Shown piece after piece: positions 11,525 to 23,597 of a stretch of 40,584 nt of DNA. The stretch's first letter is position 1, and each line of letters starts with the position of its first letter. The position numbers and the translations under genes are program-made. This DNA is from Phoronis australis (taxonomy: Eukaryota > Animalia > Phoronida). A model generated the notes under the pieces. That model worked only from the letters and a program-made list of their open reading frames with translations. It made no database searches and had not been told where the DNA came from. The stretch spans positions 1-40,584 of the forward strand of contig NMRA01000888.1 in assembly GCA_002633005.1 (NCBI GenBank), in the 5' to 3' direction.

Positions 11525-11982
11525 CAGTGGAAGTGGTTCAGATCAGTCATCTCAACTGGAACATCTGGAACATACTTTAATTGAAGAAGAAGGGGAAATG
11601 ACTGAAGTCAAGGTCATAAATGAATCACCCAATGTTCAGACCAATGAGACAGCTTTTGGGAGTGCAGAAAAACCTATTCCAAGGAAGATTGCTTCCCTGA
11701 GCTCCTGGCATTCTGCAGAGGCTAAAACGAATGAAGAACAGAATAATGGTGATGATGACCATGATAGCAACCTTGGTGAAGATCAGGTTGATGGTACCCA
11801 TGGTGATAATGACAGTGTTGGTAACCAAGGTGATAGTGACAGTGTTGGTAACCAAGGTGATAGTGACAGTGATGTTGGTGGTGATAGTGATCATGATGAC
11901 AATGATGGACTCATTGGTACTGGACAGTTCTCTGTCATTCACGAAGAGGATGAAGATGACTTAGAATCAAACACAGATTCAG
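11525..11982 (+). CDS. CENPJ: CENPJ exon 8, copy A (acidic, low complexity)
   Basis: CTCTTAG|CAG ... TCAG|GTATTT, phase 2-1. Contains a 27-bp internal duplication (DSVGNQGDS x2). Confidence 0.8.
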
Positions 11983-12129
11983 GTATTTGGTTTTTTTTTG
12001 GTTGTAGTTGATTAGAGCTTTAGGTAGCAAGTTTCTTTTAAATTTGTTTGTTAAACGCCATGCTCCAGTACATCTTAAACAACCTTCGTGGAGAATATCA
12101 ATGAAGTTACTAGGTAAGACAAATAGGAN

Positions 12130-12274
12130 CAAGAACAAAAAAAAAATTATGGGTGGTTGCATTTCAAACTTATAAAAAATTACGGGTGGTAGGCTGAAGA
12201 AATAAAAATATGGGTGGTGGTTGCGAAAAAAGGTGCCTTCCCCCCCTCCCATACAGATTTTACTGGAACAGCCC
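12130..12274. mobile_element. One end of a PIF/Harbinger-like MITE next to the gap
   Basis: Ends ...CCCCCCTCCCATACAGATTTTACTGGAACAGCCC followed by TTA. Absent at the equivalent site of copy A (AAGTTC-TTA-TTGG). Confidence 0.55.
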
Positions 12275-12360
12275 TTATTGGTTTTATTTATTAAATCTTT
12301 TTTGTTCACTATCTGCTTAATTTGTTTGTTGAGTCGTGTTTTTTATTTTCCATCTCTTAG

Positions 12361-12821
12361 CAGTGGAAGTGGTTCAGATCAGTCATCTCAACTGGAACAT
12401 CTGGAACATACTTTAATTGAAGAAGAAGGGGAAATGACTGAAGTCAAGGTCATAAATGAATCACCCAATGTTAAGACCAGTGAGACAGCTTTTGGGAGTG
12501 CAGAAAAACCTATTCCAAGGAAGATTGCTTCCCTGAGTTTGTGGCATTCTGCAGAGGCTAAAACGAATGAAGATCAGAATAATGGTGATGATGACCATGA
12601 TAGCAACCTTGGTGAAGATCAGGTTGATGGTACCCATGGTGATAATGACAGTGTTGGTAACCAAGGTGATAGTGACAGTGTTGGTAACCAAGGTGATAGT
12701 GACAGTGATGTTGGTGGTGATAGTGATCACCATGATGACAATGATGGACTCATTGGTGTTGGACAGTTCTCTGTCATTCACGAAGAGGATGAAGATGACT
12801 TAGAATCAAACACAGATTCAG
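12361..12821 (+). CDS. CENPJ: CENPJ exon 8, copy B (near-identical duplicate, probably the second haplotype)
   Basis: Same splice sites as copy A, a few substitutions and one extra His codon. Separated from copy A by an N at 12129. Confidence 0.6.
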
Positions 12822-13517
12822 GTATTTGGTTTGTTTTTGGTTGTAGTTGATTAGAGCTTTAGGTAGCAAGTTTCTTTTAAATTTGTTTGTTAAACGCCAT
12901 GCTCCAGTACATCTTAAACAACCTTCGTGGAGAATATCAATGAAATTACTAGGTAAGACTCATAGGATTTTTTTGTTAGAAAAAACAGTGTTCAAATTGA
13001 ATGCCTAAATTTATTAGAGACATTCGCACGCTTGGCTAAGTGGTACTGTGTCATCATTTGCTTCTTGTCACCAATTTAGGATGCACAATCACGGGAAAGG
13101 AAAATTATTTTCTCTTTTTCTTAACAGATATGTAGCACTTTAAAATGTTCCTTTGCTATGTTCAAGCTCTGCGCTATAACTAGCATCAGAGAATATTTAT
13201 TAAATCAGTTCTTGGCCACAGCAAGATTAAAAACCGGACAATTGCCGCACAAATGAAGAAGTTTATGTTAAATCAACGTTTCGTCTATTTGTTAGACATC
13301 ATCAGGATATCCTGATGATGTCTAACGAATAGATGAAACGTTAATTTAACATGAACTTCTTCCTTTTTGCAGAGAATATTTAGTTTATTATTGTGAGCCG
13401 TCTCAATGTTAGAAGACCTTGACAATAAATAGTTTGAAGACGCCTTTGGTCTGTTGAAGAAGCACATAGTTTAGTAGATGTTTTGTCAATCTCTTTTGAC
13501 ATTTTTAATTCATTTAG

Positions 13518-13595
13518 TTCTAGATTCTGGTAAGCATGGCCTCTGTCTGTTTGATTTCAACGATGAGGAATCTTGGGACAGAAAAGACACGCCAG
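13518..13595 (+). CDS. CENPJ: CENPJ exon 9
   Basis: ATTTAG|TTC ... CCAG|GTAAGG. FDFNDEESWD resembles CPAP FDDE.TW.D. An alternative in-frame acceptor lies 6 nt downstream. Confidence 0.82.
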
Positions 13596-13860
13596 GTAAG
13601 GTCTATGTTGATCAACAAATACAGGTCTCAGTGTGTAACAAAAACATTTTGTAGAATGTTTTACTAACTATGCTGTGTGTTTTGCATTAATATTGATTTA
13701 TTTGTCATAATCATGTACTTCTGAGTTGCCAATGTTTTAGTCATTGGCGTTTTCAACACACCTTACTGCATTGTGGTATTTCCAGATGTCAGTTGACAAA
13801 ATTTGTAAACCTGACAGTTTGTTAAAGTTTGTTTAATAATGAATTTTGTTTGATGTTCAG

Positions 13861-13985
13861 GTAAGAAAAGCGCAGGTACGCCCGGAGATGTTGCTTCTCT
13901 AACTCCACCTACTAGTAAACTCATGACCAAGTTGTTCCCAAAACTCAAGAAACCTAATGAAGTCCAACCAGCGAGTGTGAAACAG
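13861..13985 (+). CDS. CENPJ: CENPJ exon 10
   Basis: TTCAG|GTAAG ... CAG|GTTGGT. Contains PPTSKLMTKLFPKLK. Confidence 0.9.
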
Positions 13986-15353
13986 GTTGGTTATGCTAAA
14001 AATTCCAAGAAAGCTAAAGGCTAACATTCTATCATGCGACACCATCTATTTATTACAGGGATACCGAGGTTGTAATTTTCGCTCTTAGATCTCAACCTTC
14101 CATGATTTGTTTTGAGTAACTTCTCACCTGAGCACATAACAACAGTGTTGCCTCCTGCACAGGCGAGCATCTCTAAACAATCCTCTGTGATGTCACTGGT
14201 TCATGTTAGCCTTTCTTTGACCTGGCAGGGTTAGTTATGTGTCTAAATGTGAATGATATGAAAAATCTCCCTACTTCATTTTACAAGTCTCGTGCGAACC
14301 TCGCAGGTGTATGTAAATATTGGCTATTGGGGATCATAAATCAGTACTCAATGCGATTCAATAGCCATATTGCAGACCTGTGTACCATACGCAAAAAATG
14401 CGGATTCGTACGGAAATTGAACCTCCAGTACGCAAGTACGCACAGCCAGGCAAAAATACGCAAATTCAGTAAATTCAAAAGAGATTATTAATTTGGTTGT
14501 TTCTCAATAAATATGCCAATTTTGTAGCCGAAACAGACGAGGAAGAAGATTTTAAAGTTAGAAATTAAAAAATATTGTAAAATCATTAGTTTAGCTAAAA
14601 AGTTGAGCTACAAACTCGGAAAACTTGCTTCGTTTCATTCTCGAAATAGCCTGATAATCGGTGAATCGGTATGTGTGTCACAGGCCTAACCTATAAGCAA
14701 TGACTTCTGTGATTTGTGGATTGCTTACTTCGTCTAATTCGGGTTATTTACGGCTAAGTACGTACTGTTGACAAAATGTGTTGTTTTTTGCGGACACGGT
14801 GACTGCACTGACTTTGTAGCATGTTGAGCTGATAACACTCGAGCCGCAGTCGAGCCTCGAGGTTTTTTCGCATGCAGTACGGTGGTACGTGTTCACAGAC
14901 ACTTGCAATTAATAATTATTCAAAACTTTTGTGAATGATTAAGAAAATATCGTCTGATGCAAAACATTGTCCAGTGCAGATTCATCAACACATTTTTGCA
15001 ATCATGTTTTTGTGTTAACTGAGAAATTAGGTGTAGATTAGGCATGTATTAACATAACTTGAGTTCAGTAAGGACCTTTTCTATTGATTAACAGGATCTT
15101 TTCACCAAGCGCATTATCCCTCAACTAAACACCTTAAATTATTCTGAAAATTGGTGACCAATTCACTACCTCAAGAGCCATATTGAAATCAAATAGATGT
15201 TGTAATGCCGTGCAGTTACCGATGAATGAAAATATAAAATAGTAAAACTAGTAATTTAAAACTAAAATGATGAGCATCATTTTAGTTCTACTAGTTTTAT
15301 TATTCACTACGTGTATTTTAGAAACTGTTTCAGAGGCAAGTAGGAAAAGTACT

Positions 15354-15556
15354 CATGCACGTACCCAGGGCGGGGAGGGGCTCAAATGAGTCCCCCATTT
15401 GGCAAAAAGGTCCTCCTGAGAGAAACCAAAAGTTTGAGACAAAAGTCCACTAAAACACAATTCATAGCTCTGAACACTGAACGAACCTGTTTTTTTTTTA
15501 TTTAGTGAAAGGTCCACTGCTAAGAATTAGAGTCCCTTAAATTTGGTCTGTACGCG
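15354..15556. mobile_element. MITE family A, degenerate copy
   Basis: CATGCACGTACCCAGGG...GGGCTCAAATG..CCCCCATTTGGC...AAAAGTCCACTAAA resembles the 38735 copy. Confidence 0.55.
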
Positions 15557-15908
15557 AAAATCTGCAAACTGAAAAATCTACAAATCTGGTGTTCAAAGTA
15601 CTCCAGTGCTGTTTTAGTGGTACACAGGTCTGATATCGTAACCAAACACAGTCAGCAAATAAAATAAAAACTTGCATGGGTGACTTCCTGCAGCTGCATA
15701 AATGTCTGTTTTCAAGCTACTGTACACATTGCTTAGTTTAGACATAAACATGAGACGCTGTAGTGAACCATTGTTGAGCAAATGACAATAGTCTTTTCTG
15801 ACAAATAAGAGAAGAAATACGTTTGTGGAATGATGTGCACACTTCGTGATATGTTGACCAATTTTGATTCACACGTTCACTACACTTTGTTTTTGCTGTG
15901 TATTTTAG

Positions 15909-16070
15909 CCAAACGTGGAGAAACTTGAGCAGGCTCGACAGCAGCTGGTTAGTTCCGAAGGTGTACACTCGAAGGTGCTGCTGGATAAACTGAAGGAGTT
16001 GGAGACTGAGATTGAGAAGTTTAGAACGGAAAATGCAACGCTGAATAGTCTGAGAAAGGAACGAGAACAG
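15909..16070 (+). CDS. CENPJ: CENPJ exon 11 (coiled coil)
   Basis: TTTTAG|CCA ... CAG|GTTAGT. SKVLLDKLKELETEIEKFRTENATL. Confidence 0.93.
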
Positions 16071-16510
16071 GTTAGTGGACATGGTGTTGCCGGTATTATT
16101 ACTTTGGTTTTATTTTAAGAGATTTCAGTGTTGAAATGAAGATCTATTAAAACCATATGATTTTCCTTCAAGATGATCATCTTGTGAACAATATTATTAC
16201 ACGTCATAATTAGCTGTAATTAACTGTTATTACACCACAGTCATCCCTAATGACATTAGTCAGTAAATCAACCCTTAAGCAAGGTTAAGGTACATATATT
16301 TTAAGTGTAAAATGTAGTGTGTGTCCTACTTATTACACTTGAATTGCACATCGAGTATCAGCCTGCATTCGTCGAAATTATGATTACGTGAGAACATTTA
16401 TCGGCAGAAATAATACTGTGAATGTAACTGCTCGGAAATCAAGCCCCTCAAAAGAACTTTTTCATTCGAAAATTCAATGTTTTACTATTTGCTTCACTCC
16501 ATCATTTGCA

Positions 16511-17780
16511 TTTTTACGCTCCCTCATATTTAAATGTGGATGCATTATGCCGTCATCTCTGTCCGTCTGTCTGGCGTCTGCTGCTCTATCTCCAAAACTC
16601 TTTGACATGCGTTCATGAAATTTGGCACATGTGTTCCTTTCTGGAATGGGACGTCATGAGCGAACTTTCAGACGAGTCCGACTACCGGTGTGCCCCCTAG
16701 TGGCAATTTTATTTTTTTATGTGTACCTTTGTATCTTCAAAAGTCCTTAACGGATTTTCATGAAATTTGGTATGTAGGCACCTATTAATGAGGTGTCGCT
16801 ATCTCTCCATTTTCAGATGCATTCAACCTAGTTTGTGCCACCTAGTGGCCATTTTTACTGTTTTCGAGTTTTTTGGCGTCAACTCATCTATCAACCAAAC
16901 CGTTTTTAGGATAATTGTGAAAATGGCATGTATGTTTTTACTATGAAGTGGATGGCTGACAATGATTTTGTGACGACTTCAACTACTGGAGCGCCTCCTA
17001 GTGGCAGTTTTTTGCGCTCATGGCTGTATCTCCTAAACTGTTTGCAGGATCTTTACTTAATTTAGCAAGTGTATTTATATGATGTTGACTATGGACGACG
17101 ACGGCTTTCAGACAGATCGGACTACTGCTGTACCCCCTAGTGGCAATTTTAGTTTTTTACGTTTAACTCTGTATCTTCAAAGGTTCTCAACAGATTTTCA
17201 TAAAATTTTAAATATAGGCATCTATTGGTGTGTTGACGCTATCTTTCTGTTTTTGGATGGAATCGAGGTATTTTGCACCACCTAATGGCCATTTTTGCTG
17301 TTTTCAAATCTTGTTTTTGGCGTCCACCTCTGTATCAACCAAATCATTGTAAGGATGGTTTTCAAAATTGGCGTATGTATGTTCTCAGTGGAAAGACGAC
17401 GTTTGATGATGGTGACTGAATACTGTGGTGCCTCCTGGTGATAGTTTCGTTTTGTGCCCATAGTTGTATCTCCTAAACCCACTACAGGATCTTTATTAAA
17501 TTTAGTAAGTGTACTTATATGAAGATAACAACAGACGATGACAGGCGGATCCAACGGACACTGTGCCCACTAGTGGCAATTTCATTTTATTACATTTTCC
17601 TTTGTTTCTCTGAAGTTCCTTGACAGATTTTTATGAAATATGGCATTTCCTGTTTTTGGATGGATTGTACGTTTTTGCGCCATCTAGTGGCCATTTTTAT
17701 GATACAAATAAATAACCCTAAAAGCACACCGTTTGCAATGCATTCGTGGGTGCATTTCAACGCTCCGCATTGCTCTTATT
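16511..17780 (+). mobile_element. Helentron-associated (HINE/DINE-like) non-autonomous element with central tandem array
   Basis: Starts in a T-run with an imperfect 5' inverted repeat, then a short GTCY microsatellite (CTGTCCGTCTGTCTG), then about 145-bp subunits grouped in about 440-bp units, then 3' GGGTGCAT and ...CTTATT. Confidence 0.7.
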
Positions 17781-18363
17781 CATCTAGTGGTGAACTTGTG
17801 AACTAAATCATTAGTTTGGCTCATTAGCTGGTATTCAGGTTGCTATTAATTATAATATGACATCATTAGGTTGAAATCTGAGAGTATAAGATGGTGGACA
17901 ATTTGATTCGTTGTTGTTAGAGAAATGTCAAAATAGGCGAAATATAAGACAATTTGTGATTTCCTAAATATCCCAAGGGAATTTGATTTGGTTAGTAATA
18001 GAATGCTCAACAAGAATTTTCCCCCATCCTTTTGATTTATACCCATAACACAAATTTGTGAAAAATATTCAATGGACCTTCAGCTCTGTTTGAGTTGAGT
18101 ATTGGCTATAATGATTTGCGCTGTCTGCTGTTTATGGGTATTTCCAAATGTTCAATCCTATGCATGTTTACCATTTTGGGATGTATCCTAGTTAACCATT
18201 ATAAATAACGAACCACATTGTGGGCAGTACAGATAGAAGCTTGACTGGAATTTGTAATAGATTGTTAACACATGAACCCTCTATATTTCATACTGCTGTC
18301 AAAATCAAAACCTGTTATATTACTCGTTTGACTGTTGGCATGTAACATCATCTTTTTATTCAG

Positions 18364-18467
18364 AGACTGGAAAAAATGAAAAAAGAAGTCGATGAATTTG
18401 AGAAACAGAAAGGGGAGGAGCTGAAAAGAATCCAAGAATACAAAACTCAAGAGTTGAAGAAAATTAA
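18364..18467 (+). CDS. CENPJ: CENPJ exon 12 (coiled coil)
   Basis: ATTCAG|AGA ... AA|GTATGT. RLEKMKKEVDEFEKQKGEELKRIQEYK. Confidence 0.9.
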
Positions 18468-18745
18468 GTATGTACCTGCGATATTTTCAATGAACTTAAA
18501 CCTGACAATAATGTAAGAGGGTGTTGAATGTATAGGTAACTGGTAGCAGTGTTAGTAGTAATCCTCTGAAAAATGAGATAATGATAATTTTACAAATTAT
18601 TTTTTCTCACAAATTGAAGATTTTTCCCTGTAGCTGTGCTAATTCAGTACCTTCAGTACGTTGTTATTCATTAGGGTTCAACTGTTTCATGTTTGTGTAA
18701 ATTCAAGGAAGAAATATGTTATGGCTGTTTTGTATTCGATTTCAG

Positions 18746-18833
18746 ACATGAGCGCAAGATATTTGACCAGTATCGAAAGGCGGCCATACCTGACAAGAAG
18801 GAGCGAGAGGAAATTGAGAACCTGAAAACACAG
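18746..18833 (+). CDS. CENPJ: CENPJ exon 13
   Basis: TTTCAG|ACAT ... CAG|GTATTG. ERKIFDQY...PDKKEREEIENLK. Confidence 0.93.
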
Positions 18834-19264
18834 GTATTGAATTTGGCTCTCCACTTTTACATTAATTTCATTTATTTTTTCTCATTCAACAAATGTAAAA
18901 AGATATCTTGGAGTTACTTTTTTGAACTTCACAACTTATATGCTGGATAAGTTTGATTGTTGCATGACGTCAGGTGCATTGTTCAATAGTAGCAAGGTGA
19001 TGTGGGATAGTGTCACATTATTGTTGCAATCCAGTTTATCATCTTTATGCAACCGGAGAGAGTTCTTTATTTAGAGGTTGTAGTGCATGGTAAGAGTCGT
19101 AATTCAAGTGTATGTACAAACGAAAAAGAGGAAGCGCATTCGTACATACACGCGTAACCTTGCCTTGATTTAGAGCTATCATTTTAAACTTCATTTCAGT
19201 TTGTTCTTTATTTAGATTAGAAGTCATTTCTGGGCTTGGGAAGAACTGCTAATTCATTATTGCT

Positions 19265-19432
19265 TGAGACCTGGCTCAGTATGAGACCTGGCTCAGTATG
19301 AGACCTGGCTCAGTATGAGTCCTGGCTCAGTACTAGACCTGGCTCAGTACGAGACCTGGCTCAGTACGAGGCCTAGCTCAGTATGAGTCCTCGCTCAGTA
19401 TGAGACCTGGCTCAGTATGAGTCCTGGCTCAG
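19265..19432. repeat. 17-bp minisatellite, about 10 copies (TGAGACCTGGCTCAGTA)
   Basis: Directly visible head-to-tail units with few variants. Confidence 0.95.
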
Positions 19433-19767
19433 AATGTTGATTTGAAGGACTGGCTGTTGATAGCAATATGACTAGTAACAGGCTGATTCTGTTAGCAAAG
19501 TGTCAGATGAGTTTACTAGTTAGTACATAGATACGTTTAAATTTGCCTGCTCTTTTTTAAATCAAATATTTATTTGAACCAGCAACAATGAACGACATGT
19601 CTGTGCAGAAATCACCTTGCAGAACGTCATGGGTTTGAGTCCCGGTCACAGCAGAAATCTTTTCAGACTTGTGTTTCATTATTTCACGTGATGTGACTAG
19701 CAGGTGGCGTGCAGACCAGACTTAAAAATGTTTGGGAATTATACCTGGGTATTAACTGTCTCTGTAG

Positions 19768-19941
19768 TTGACTGAACTGCAGGAAGAAATGAGGAAGAAA
19801 GAGGCGCGGTGGACAGCAAACTCTGGTCGTCTGCGTTCTCGTATTGAGCAGCTTGAAACAGAGAATGCGGAGTTGAAGAACGAAGTCAAGATTTTGGAAA
19901 AGAAACGTCTAGAGTTGTGGCAGAAGAGTGAAGAAACAAAG
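19768..19941 (+). CDS. CENPJ: CENPJ exon 14
   Basis: CTGTAG|TTG ... AAG|GTGGGT. LQEEMRKKEARW...RLRSRIEQLETENAELK. Confidence 0.93.
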
Positions 19942-20994
19942 GTGGGTGGAGTGAGTAGACAACAAGGTCAAATTTCACTGAATAATTGAAAGTCTGGTGG
20001 GTTAAGCCTGTTTTAAGTCCTTGGCATTCAATAAACATACCGATTTTTTGTATAACGGGACATGGTTTGAGGTCTTATACATTTATTTACTCTGAACATG
20101 CTGGGAACTGTGCTTTGCACTTCACCAAACACAACTACATCCAACACAAACAAGACATATTGAACACACAAAACATGAGTCTCGATAACCTGAAACAATA
20201 GCTAATCCTTGAATATCCTATACTGTGTTGTAGGTCACACCCTACCTGACAAATGACATACTGTATGTACAGTGCTGCCATCTGTCGACCAGTCACCAAT
20301 ACATTCAACACCCTATTACACTTGTACATTATTGTGAGACTTACGTTCATTGAAAACAGTTCTTTTTGAGTGAACGCAAAGTAGATGGTTATTCTGGCAA
20401 GTGTTCTAGAATATCAGATACTTGTGTAATATTCCACTCCCATTTCAGAGGTGTTTTGCTGATGCATTGCCTACCTAGTGAGCTCATAGTTCTCTGTTTT
20501 CATTTAATGTGCCGGTAACAGTTACGACCGTACCACAAACATTATCGGAAATCCAAAACATAAATTATGAAAACAACCCGAAAATAATATGACATATTCA
20601 AAAAGCTGTTACTAATTACAAACAAAATTAAAATGTGTTACCTGTGAGACGTAGGTGTGTATTGGACTCCTCCTAGCCGAGCTGTTTTGTAAGCCATCCA
20701 TTGTCAATTTGGAGTTTAACTGTGACATATTTATGCAGCCACGTTTAATTTGCTACAATATTCTTTGTGTACAAAAATAAATGACAATTGCCTTGGATTT
20801 GGTCATGAATTAGCTTAATATTAATAGCTTTATTGTATAATGACTCCATGAGTCACTTGTGCTCAGAAATTTTCTGAGATTATATTGCCGTATTCGTAAT
20901 AACTGAGTTAGCTCGTTGCAGCTTTACTTCATTCCCATAACGCATTCTGTCTGCAGTTTTGTGTATGACCACATCTGGTGTGTTTGGTTTTCAG

Positions 20995-21458
20995 AAATCA
21001 TCAAAAGCAACGTCAAAATCCAGTTTTTCATCGGTTGCCAGCGACAGACCAAAACCTGTTACATCCATCCTCAAGTCGAATATTCCAAGTACTCATCAGG
21101 AGATTTTGAATCCAAAACCTCTGATACCTACAGGCGCTCATAAGAATGATGATACTTTCGACAAAAACCCAAAATCAGTTGATTTTAGTCCTGATGCAAT
21201 GCTTCCTAGTCAACTGAAAACACTGACTGGAAGTGACAATAAAACAGTTTTCAATCTGAATACAAATAATAGTGCTGTGAAGCCTGCATCTCCAGTTGAA
21301 AGGCCATTCCCGATAGTTGTGAGAGAGTCGTCAAGAATCGTCCATTCTCCTGAGCAGACAACCTCCATGAAAGCAGACGACTCATTGAGAGTGTCATTGG
21401 GTGCAGAGGTCAGTCCTAAAGTGACCTCTGAAGACCTACCAGAGACTACAGTTGTCAG
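20995..21458 (+). CDS. CENPJ: CENPJ exon 15 (Ser/Pro-rich linker)
   Basis: TTTCAG|AAA ... CAG|GTAGGA. Open 464 nt, phase 0-2. Confidence 0.85.
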
Positions 21459-22184
21459 GTAGGAAGTGATGGTGGCTGATTGCCATGGTGCTGTGGATCA
21501 GATTTTTCTCTTCACGTCTTAAAAAAAAATTTTCCCAATACTAGGCCTAATACTATAAAGTTTTACTTATGACTAGATTTGTACTTTAGGGCTGTCACAC
21601 CAAACTCAGAACATTTGCCATGGTTGGGGATAAACATTAGTGGAAACTGTGTCCAGAAACACGTCTTGAATGCGGCACCATCCACATGGTTTTTGCTGAG
21701 GTTGCACAATGCTTATTCAGTTTCCGTTCGCTGTTTTTGTTTTTCAAGATCATACTGAGAACTAGCGCAATATGATAGGGCCCTAATCAGTCATGTTCGT
21801 TGAACTTTGACAATTTTTGAGTCGAGTCTTGTGAAAGTTTGGAGGTCTTTCTGCCTGGAATATGTCAGTTAAATTATTCCATCTAGTAGAATGTTTTAGT
21901 TGAAATCGGTATTTTTATGCCTTGATTACGATGCTCGAGGGATCTTGAAGATTGAGTGCTTTCTAGATGCCGAACATGACCAGGGGCTTGTTTCTGAAAG
22001 AGAGTATTGCCTTTTGTCTTATGACTTCAGCCAAAAGTCAGAAATCTGACTATGGATGATTTTTTTTCATGTTCCTCTAAACTTTGAACAGACTATGGAT
22101 TTCTGTTTTTTGACTTTGATTTGTTGACTGATTTTTGGATATTCAGTCTTAGCCTGTTTTTATAAAACAGTAAGCCATCGAAAT

Positions 22185-22255
22185 TGTGATTTTTGGCCAA
22201 AATGTGATTTTTAGCCAAAATGTGATTTTTAGCCAAAATATGATATTTAGCCAAA
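22185..22255. repeat. 18-bp tandem repeat, about 4 copies (TGTGATTTTTRGCCAAAA)
   Basis: Directly visible. Produces the LAKNHI repeat in a spurious ORF. Confidence 0.9.
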
Positions 22256-22778
22256 AGACATTTAACAGGCTCTTCCAGAAACATGCCCGAGGCGATGTTT
22301 CATCGGGTGAGTAGTTGTGATTTGTGGATTTCTACGCCTGGCCAGCACTCCTGACAATTGCCCAGTTGCCCGATGAAAATGACCATTTTTCTGCCACAAA
22401 TTCATGGGATTGACATTGGAAGATTTACGTGACCAAGGTTCTAATTAGAAATTAAGCAAATTTCATTCATTTGCATTTGGCTTTATGCGAATCGTTACTG
22501 AAACTTTTCTCTGTTTTAATATTTTTTTCTCTTTGCCCGAAACCTGACAGAACTACATATGATACAAATCTGTTTGTCATGAATAATGTTTTCAGTGCTG
22601 TTGTCAGCTGATGTGGAGAATCGCATCTTTACGGCTACTGGTAAACAAAACTGTATTTTATTGTCCATTGCAAACATGATTTTTTCATTTTTTGTATGTT
22701 GTATTGCTTATAAGCTCTTGTCATTAAAGAAATGTAGTCTAATTCCAAGAAGTGAACATCTGAACTTTTTCCTTGCAG

Positions 22779-22899
22779 CCAAGATGCTGTTACTAAGCCC
22801 GCAGTTCCCAGGAAACTGGCTTCCAAAATGACCAATGTCAACTTTAAGGTTGACAAGGGAGATTTTGACTTCACGGAAGAGACATATCCTGATGGAAAG
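22779..22899 (+). CDS. CENPJ: CENPJ exon 16 (start of TCP domain)
   Basis: TTGCAG|CCA ... AAG|GTATTG. Ends in EETYPDGK. Confidence 0.9.
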
Positions 22900-23046
22900 G
22901 TATTGGCTGTATAAAAACCTTTTATCTTGCAGATATAAGTTCCTGACAATTTTTGTATTCTTGCAGTTGACTGTTTTTGTCAATGGGAACTACTTTTCTA
23001 TAGCGTTGCACTTGTGCAAATGCCTGTTTACATCCTGTGCATGCGT

Positions 23047-23120
23047 GCATTTAAGTCTCTGTGTGCCCATGCAATTAAGCCTTCGTGTGCCCATGCATTT
23101 AAGCCTCTGTGTGCCCATGC
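23047..23120. repeat. 24-bp tandem repeat x3 (GCATTTAAGYCTCTGTGTGCCCAT)
   Basis: Directly visible. Confidence 0.85.
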
Positions 23121-23597
23121 CTGTGTGTGGGAAGCTTCACTTGCATCTGAATCTAGGCACATGTCCCAATGTGTTGTCTGGTGAAATTGATGTCAATATA
23201 TTTTCTTTTCTTTTCAACGATTAATTCTTTGTTTAATACTAAGTACGGGTAAAGATACAAAGTAACACCTAGTTTAAAACAGGTGTCTGTACAATAGACA
23301 CATTGCCATTGTAGGTCCGAGATGCAGATCTTTTGCTGGGCCATTCACGTCACTTTCTATTGTTGCTTTAAGCCAGGGGGGAATTTTTGGATGTTTCCAA
23401 AGTCTGTGGTCTCCCTGTCGGACTACAAGAAGAAACATCATTTATCCAGAATTTTTGTCACATTACCCAGGATTCATAGCAAAACTTTAGATTGATGAGT
23501 TAAAAGTAGTGTAAGAGCTGTGCATGTGCAGAATGCCACCTGCTGTGTCAGTGTGAGAAGTGGGGTATACATAGCGCATGGTTAACTCCTCTTTTAG

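Larger units (their letters stand above)
11438..12966 (+). repeat. About 690-bp direct duplication (11438-12128 vs 12275-12966) including CENPJ exon 8
   Basis: Near-identical exon and intron sequence, with an N at 12129. Confidence 0.95.

Noticed and set aside
11625-12803. Thr/Ile-rich and Met/Val-rich ORFs overlapping exon 8
   Set aside because: These are alternate-frame and antisense shadows of a GAT/GGT/AGT-rich acidic exon.
14383-14879. Possible TA-flanked TIR element
   Set aside because: Terminal complementarity is too weak and there is no second copy in the window.
19265-19432. CRISPR-like palindromic repeat array
   Set aside because: Units are head-to-tail with no spacers, there are no cas genes, and it lies in a eukaryotic intron.
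20271-20292. Single CTCF-like motif (GCTGCCATCTGTCGACCA), with another near 39980-40000
   Set aside because: Isolated matches cannot be told from chance without a PWM scan or binding data.
22596-22640. Possible 45-nt extra exon (TTTCAG ... GTAAAC)
   Set aside because: It contains an in-frame TGA in the required phase 2.
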